Shown here: positions 33,042 to 35,862 of the stretch, piece by piece
Numbering within the stretch: the stretch's first letter is position 1
Layout: each line of letters begins with the position of its first letter
Virus record (IMG/VR): IMGVR_UViG_3300021437_000271
Location: 1 to 35,862 of that record
Strand: one strand, 5' to 3'
DNA from: a virus
Lineage: Duplodnaviria > Caudoviricetes
Length of the DNA: 35,862 nt
Notes under the pieces: model-generated
The model's database searches: none
What the model saw: only the letters and a program-made list of their open reading frames with translations
Told to the model about the DNA's origin: nothing
Translations under genes and position numbers: made by a program

Positions 33042-33342
33042 TCACGCATGGGTGGCCTCGGAGGTAACAGGGGTGGAGTTGGCGCGGTCGGTGGCCGATG
33101 AGGCACCTGACGGGTTGGTGCGCAAGACGTGCCAGGAAACGGATGGCTGCAGAAGCTCACACGTCACAGCCTCCCCAAGTTTTCTGGTGTGCATCTCGAC
33201 GTCGGCGCCGACGCGCCCGACGATCCCGTACATGGACCACCGCACCATCACCCACAGCATTTCCGACGCCGGCCGGTTGTCGGCGTCGGCCAGCATTGCC
33301 AGGTCGGCCATCTCGCTGTCGCTAAACGATGCGGTCAGCCAT
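33042..33342 (-). pseudogene. cII-position regulator (ribbon-helix-helix-like), frameshifted near the start
   Basis: RBS CAGGAG + ATG at 33342 gives only MADRIV*. The RHH-like body (SFSDSEMADLAMLADADNRPASEMLWVMVRWSMYG) lies in another frame. Confidence 0.55.
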
Positions 33343-33610
33343 GGGTGGGCTCCTGGGTGGGGGTTGGGGTTGCGGCTGGTGCATCGGGGCGATCCGCCAA
33401 CTCGGGCCAGATATCGCGCCAATCGTCCGGCCTCAGGTGCCAGCGCATGACGTGCCCGCCGGTTGCGCGCTCGATCTGCACGCTGCGCACTGGCGGAATG
33501 GGACGCCCGCCACGCAGCCACTCACTGATGGTTGGCTGCTTGACGCCCAGCGACGACGCCAGCGCAGCTTGGCTGCCAGTGACTTCGATTGCTTGTTCGA
33601 TCGGGTTCAT
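33335..33610 (-). CDS. cro: Cro-like HTH regulator (YdaS-like)
   Basis: AI...GSQAALA..LGVKQPTISEW..G.R..P......IE.ATGG.V....LRPDDW..IWPEL; first gene after the operator-flanked promoter. Confidence 0.9.
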   Translation of the reverse strand: MNPIEQAIEVTGSQAALASSLGVKQPTISEWLRGGRPIPPVRSVQIERATGGHVMRWHLRPDDWRDIWPELADRPDAPAATPTPTQEPTHG

Positions 33611-33616
33611 GCCTGC

Positions 33617-33674
33617 ATCATAGGCATTACCTGTATTTTTATCAAGCGCATTGCCTGTTATAGGCTCCGCCTGT
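33617..33674 (-). promoter_or_regulatory. pR promoter with three 15-bp operators (OR)
   Basis: TTGATA-N17-TATGAT (33645-33617) places +1 at about the cro ATG. Operators: ATAGGCATTACCTGT (33620), AAGCGCATTGCCTGT (33644), ATAGGCTCCGCCTGT (33660). Confidence 0.85.
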
Positions 33675-33686
33675 TGAAATCAGCAC

Positions 33687-33740
33687 ATGCTTTCAGGTCA
33701 AGAACTCGGCGCCGCCATCCCGTTGGCTGGATTGTTATGA
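33687..33740 (+). pseudogene. 5' remnant of CI repressor (MLSGQELGAAI, then stop after 17 codons)
   Basis: Divergent from cro right after OR. The peptide resembles the MLxGxELGAAI start of proteobacterial phage repressors; no HTH or S24 peptidase follows. Confidence 0.6.
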
Positions 33741-33947
33741 GGAGGTTTTGATGCGGAACAGTTCCCAGAGGCCAGGATGCATACGCCGGTTGCCAGCCTC
33801 CCACTCCTGCCACCCGCGAAGTGTGCAGTGGATTAGCGCAGCGGCTGCTGTTTGCGACAGCCCGGCCGCCTCGCGGGCGGTCCGGATTTCTGCTGGCGCC
33901 GGATTGGCAGAAGGGCCTTTCGGCCCCCGGTTCGGATGGTTACTCAT
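33735..33947 (-). CDS. XRE-family HTH regulator
   Basis: MSNHPNR...P.P.EIR.ARE.AGLSQT.AA.LI....R.WQ.WE.G.R.M....WELF. Start reassigned to 33947. Confidence 0.85.
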   Translation of the reverse strand: MSNHPNRGPKGPSANPAPAEIRTAREAAGLSQTAAAALIHCTLRGWQEWEAGNRRMHPGLWELFRIKTSS

Positions 33948-34188
33948 CGGCTTCTTCGGTAATGAACACGTCGTCGGCATCCAGATGGAGGACTTCAGGA
34001 CGGCCGGATACAGTGAATTGATGATGCAGTTCGTAACTGAAGGACTCGCTCATGCAAGCCCGGTTTTCCAGGACGCCAAGCATTTCGAACATAACTGCCT
34101 GCATGTCCACTCCATCCTTGGCAGTCAGAGCGAAAAAGCTGTTGAACTTGTTGATGCCGCTTTCGGTGAGTTCGACGTTGGTGATCAT
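33940..34188 (-). CDS. hypothetical acidic protein
   Basis: 82 aa, RBS AAGGA, coupled to the HTH gene. Confidence 0.65.
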   Translation of the reverse strand: MITNVELTESGINKFNSFFALTAKDGVDMQAVMFEMLGVLENRACMSESFSYELHHQFTVSGRPEVLHLDADDVFITEEADE

Positions 34189-34200
34189 TTTGAGCAGTCC

Positions 34201-34437
34201 TTAAAGGGTGTTGAGGAAAGCAGTCATTTGGTCGTAGCCGGCAACGAACCAGACCTTGTTGGTGCCGCAGAAGCGGAAGCCGGCAGCTTTCAGTTGATCC
34301 TTGATCGGGAACGTATTTCCAGACAGGGCAACGCGGAAGCGCGGGAACTCGCGGGTGCCTTCGATTTCGCCGACCTTGCATCCGATCTTGGAGGCGAGGG
34401 ATTGAAGTTCTTCGGTGCCGTGCGGGGTGATGAACAT
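34201..34437 (-). CDS. hypothetical protein (GNTFPIKDQLK..GF.F...K.W motif)
   Basis: RBS CAGGAG before the ATG at 34437; motif common in small phage proteins. Confidence 0.7.
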   Translation of the reverse strand: MFITPHGTEELQSLASKIGCKVGEIEGTREFPRFRVALSGNTFPIKDQLKAAGFRFCGTNKVWFVAGYDQMTAFLNTL

Positions 34438-34495
34438 TTTGATCTCCTGGCCCCAGTTCCCGAGGCGCGGCGGATGTGGCGCATCCATGGACTTA

Positions 34496-34523
34496 ATAAT
34501 ACACGCATTGCGTGCAATTGCAA
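34496..34523 (-). promoter_or_regulatory. sigma70-like promoter with internal palindromic operator for the three-gene cassette
   Basis: TTGCAA-N16-TATTAT with CACGCA-n-TGCGTG (34502-34514) in the spacer. Confidence 0.65.
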
Positions 34524-34576
34524 GAACTATTTGCGGAAAAATTTCGAGGCGGTAGCCCCTCCTTATAACGCAAAAG

Positions 34577-34840
34577 TCAGCGGCGCCGGCACGGCGTCCG
34601 CTGGACTGACGGCATCCACTGCGCGTAGCGGTCGTGCGGCGGGATCGGGTCGCCATCCTGCAGCAGCGTCACCGAGTACGCCGCAAACAGCATGCCGTTC
34701 TGGTTGAATACGACCAAGTTGACCATGCGGTCACCCCACACATACACGATCAGGGCCGCGTGCGGCTGGTCCCGCTCCGGTGCGCCGTGAGCGTGCTCCG
34801 GCTGGAACCACACCACGCGTCCGATTGATGGCTTGATCAT
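34577..34840 (-). CDS. conserved small phage protein (IKPSIGRVVW...P.AA.I..V....VNL.VF...G...WMP)
   Basis: Recognisable SH3-like small phage family motif; start at 34840. Confidence 0.7.
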   Translation of the reverse strand: MIKPSIGRVVWFQPEHAHGAPERDQPHAALIVYVWGDRMVNLVVFNQNGMLFAAYSVTLLQDGDPIPPHDRYAQWMPSVQRTPCRRR

Positions 34841-34910
34841 CTTCAGTTCTTTGGCCCTCAGGCCCGTTGAGACCGCACCGTGCGGTCTTGGCGTGAGTGC
34901 AGCACAAAAT

Positions 34911-34953
34911 ACAGGCATTGCCTGTTGACAGGCTGATCGGCATTGCCTATATT
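34911..34953 (+). promoter_or_regulatory. pL promoter with two 15-bp operators (OL)
   Basis: TTGACA(34925)-N17-TATATT(34948); perfect palindrome ACAGGCA-T-TGCCTGT (34911-34925) and ATCGGCATTGCCTAT (34936-34950). Confidence 0.9.
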
Positions 34954-35007
34954 CCATCCCATGCCACCCCGACAGCCTCACCGAGGCGGGGCTGGCGGGG
35001 GATTGAG

Positions 35008-35370
35008 ATGTTGAGCATTCGACAAGGCGACGTGCTGCTGGTGGCGGTGGCTGCACTGCCGGCGGGCTGCACCGAGGTGCCGAACGACAAGGGCCGCATC
35101 GTGCTGGCCTACGGTGAGGTGACGGGCCATGCCCACGCCATCGCCGACCACCGCCCGGCGCAGCGCGCCGCCGAGATGGCTGACGCAGCCATTGCCCGCG
35201 CCAAGGCCCGCCTGCTGCAGGCGCCGAGCGGCGAGCGCTTTCTGGAAGTCACCGAGACCGTGACCCTGCGTCACGAAGAGCACACCGCGCACACCCTGCT
35301 GCCGGGCATCTACCGCCTGCCGGTGCAGGTCGAGTACAGCCCGGCAGCCATCCGTCGCGTGAAGGACTGA
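35008..35370 (+). CDS. His-motif beta protein (RQGDV...LAYGEVTGHAH...HEEH...LPG.Y), usual partner of DUF6745
   Basis: First gene after pL; motifs directly visible. Start reassigned to the ATG at 35008. Confidence 0.8.
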   Translation: MLSIRQGDVLLVAVAALPAGCTEVPNDKGRIVLAYGEVTGHAHAIADHRPAQRAAEMADAAIARAKARLLQAPSGERFLEVTETVTLRHEEHTAHTLLPGIYRLPVQVEYSPAAIRRVKD

Positions 35371-35373
35371 GCC

Positions 35374-35862
35374 ATGACCATCGTTCGCACTCCAACCAAG
35401 GCGCTCGGCGGCATCACGCCGGCCGAGAAGATCGCCCTGGACGCCCATGCCAAGAAGTGGATCGCCAACGCCATGAGCACCGAGCCTGTGTGCCCTGAGC
35501 GCCTGGTGCTGGCCGTCGAGGCCCTCTACGCCGCCGCTGGGCTGAAGAAGCCTCGTGTGGTCATCGTCTCTAGCCCGCTGGTGATGGCTTTCGCTGGCGG
35601 CTTCGCTGCCGCCATCTGGTGGGAGCGCAAGAACAACGCGCAGGCATTTCGGGAAGCCCTGGCCACGGACACCGCCACGGTCACCGCCACGGACACCGCC
35701 ACGGTCACCGCCACGCGCGCCGCCACGGCCACCGCCACGGTCACCGCCACGGCCACCGCCATGCGCACCGCCACGCGCGCCGCCACGGACGCCGCCACGC
35801 GCGCCGCCACGGACGCCGCCACGCGCGCCGCCACGGATGCCGCCACGTACACCGCCACGCAC
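35374..35862 (+). CDS. N-terminal part of DUF6745-like protein (runs off the window end)
   Basis: ATG at 35374, open for exactly 163 codons to the end; W...A.STEP, Y.AAGL..P....V.SP, followed by the ATxA repeat. Confidence 0.8.
   Translation, partial: MTIVRTPTKALGGITPAEKIALDAHAKKWIANAMSTEPVCPERLVLAVEALYAAAGLKKPRVVIVSSPLVMAFAGGFAAAIWWERKNNAQAFREALATDTATVTATDTATVTATRAATATATVTATATAMRTATRAATDAATRAATDAATRAATDAATYTATH
35662..35862 (+). repeat. 12-bp coding tandem repeat, ~16.75 units
   Basis: ATDT ATVT ATDT ATVT ATRA ATAT ATVT ATAT AMRT ATRA ATDA ATRA ATDA ATRA ATDA ATYT ATH. Confidence 0.95.

Noticed and set aside
32423-33160. Single 245-aa protein
   Set aside because: It spans a terminator and several internal RBS-ATG sites; more likely small genes in the same frame, and only the 90-aa Cys-rich part is supported.
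33335-33610. YdaS/YdaT toxin-antitoxin pair
   Set aside because: Position and operators identify it as the Cro of a lambdoid switch.
33735-33947. XRE gene as the missing CI repressor
   Set aside because: Wrong orientation for cI, last gene of a separate cassette with its own different palindrome, and no dimerisation/peptidase domain. Not formally excluded.
35662-35862. CRISPR array or DGR variable region
   Set aside because: The units are 12-bp in-frame coding repeats without spacers; no cas operon, reverse transcriptase or template/variable repeat pair is visible.
1-35862. tRNA/rRNA genes, IS elements, integrase, tape measure or sheath genes
   Set aside because: None recognised by eye; a tRNAscan/HMM run would be needed to exclude divergent copies.

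Overview
The window looks like an essentially complete ~35.9 kb GC-rich tailed-phage genome, opened inside a 12-bp tandem repeat: the ORF starting at 35374 runs off the end and continues in frame at position 1. The layout is lambdoid. Divergent promoters carry five palindromic operators. The + strand arm holds a DUF6745-like gene pair, a Cas4/RecB-like nuclease, a RecT-like recombinase and a truncated SbcC-like gene. The long - strand arm holds cro, a DUF1376-type initiator with iterons, RusA, a Q-like antiterminator, terminase, portal, scaffold, capsid, podovirus-type tail and ejection proteins, a tailspike and lysis genes. Four points stand out. (1) A heme-oxygenase-like diiron enzyme with all expected metal ligands is translationally coupled inside the ejection-protein cluster next to a GNAT, suggesting a virion-protein modification system. 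(2) An ADP-ribosyltransferase-like domain is fused to an ejection-protein-like N-terminus in the head operon. (3) A short [M/L]AxLLR(QQ) motif recurs in four predicted internal virion proteins. (4) Lysogeny genes appear to have been lost (cI cut after ~11 codons, cII-position gene frameshifted, no integrase) and sbcC and rusA carry internal deletions, while the structural genes are intact. All family assignments come from motif recognition and gene order only; no searches were run.
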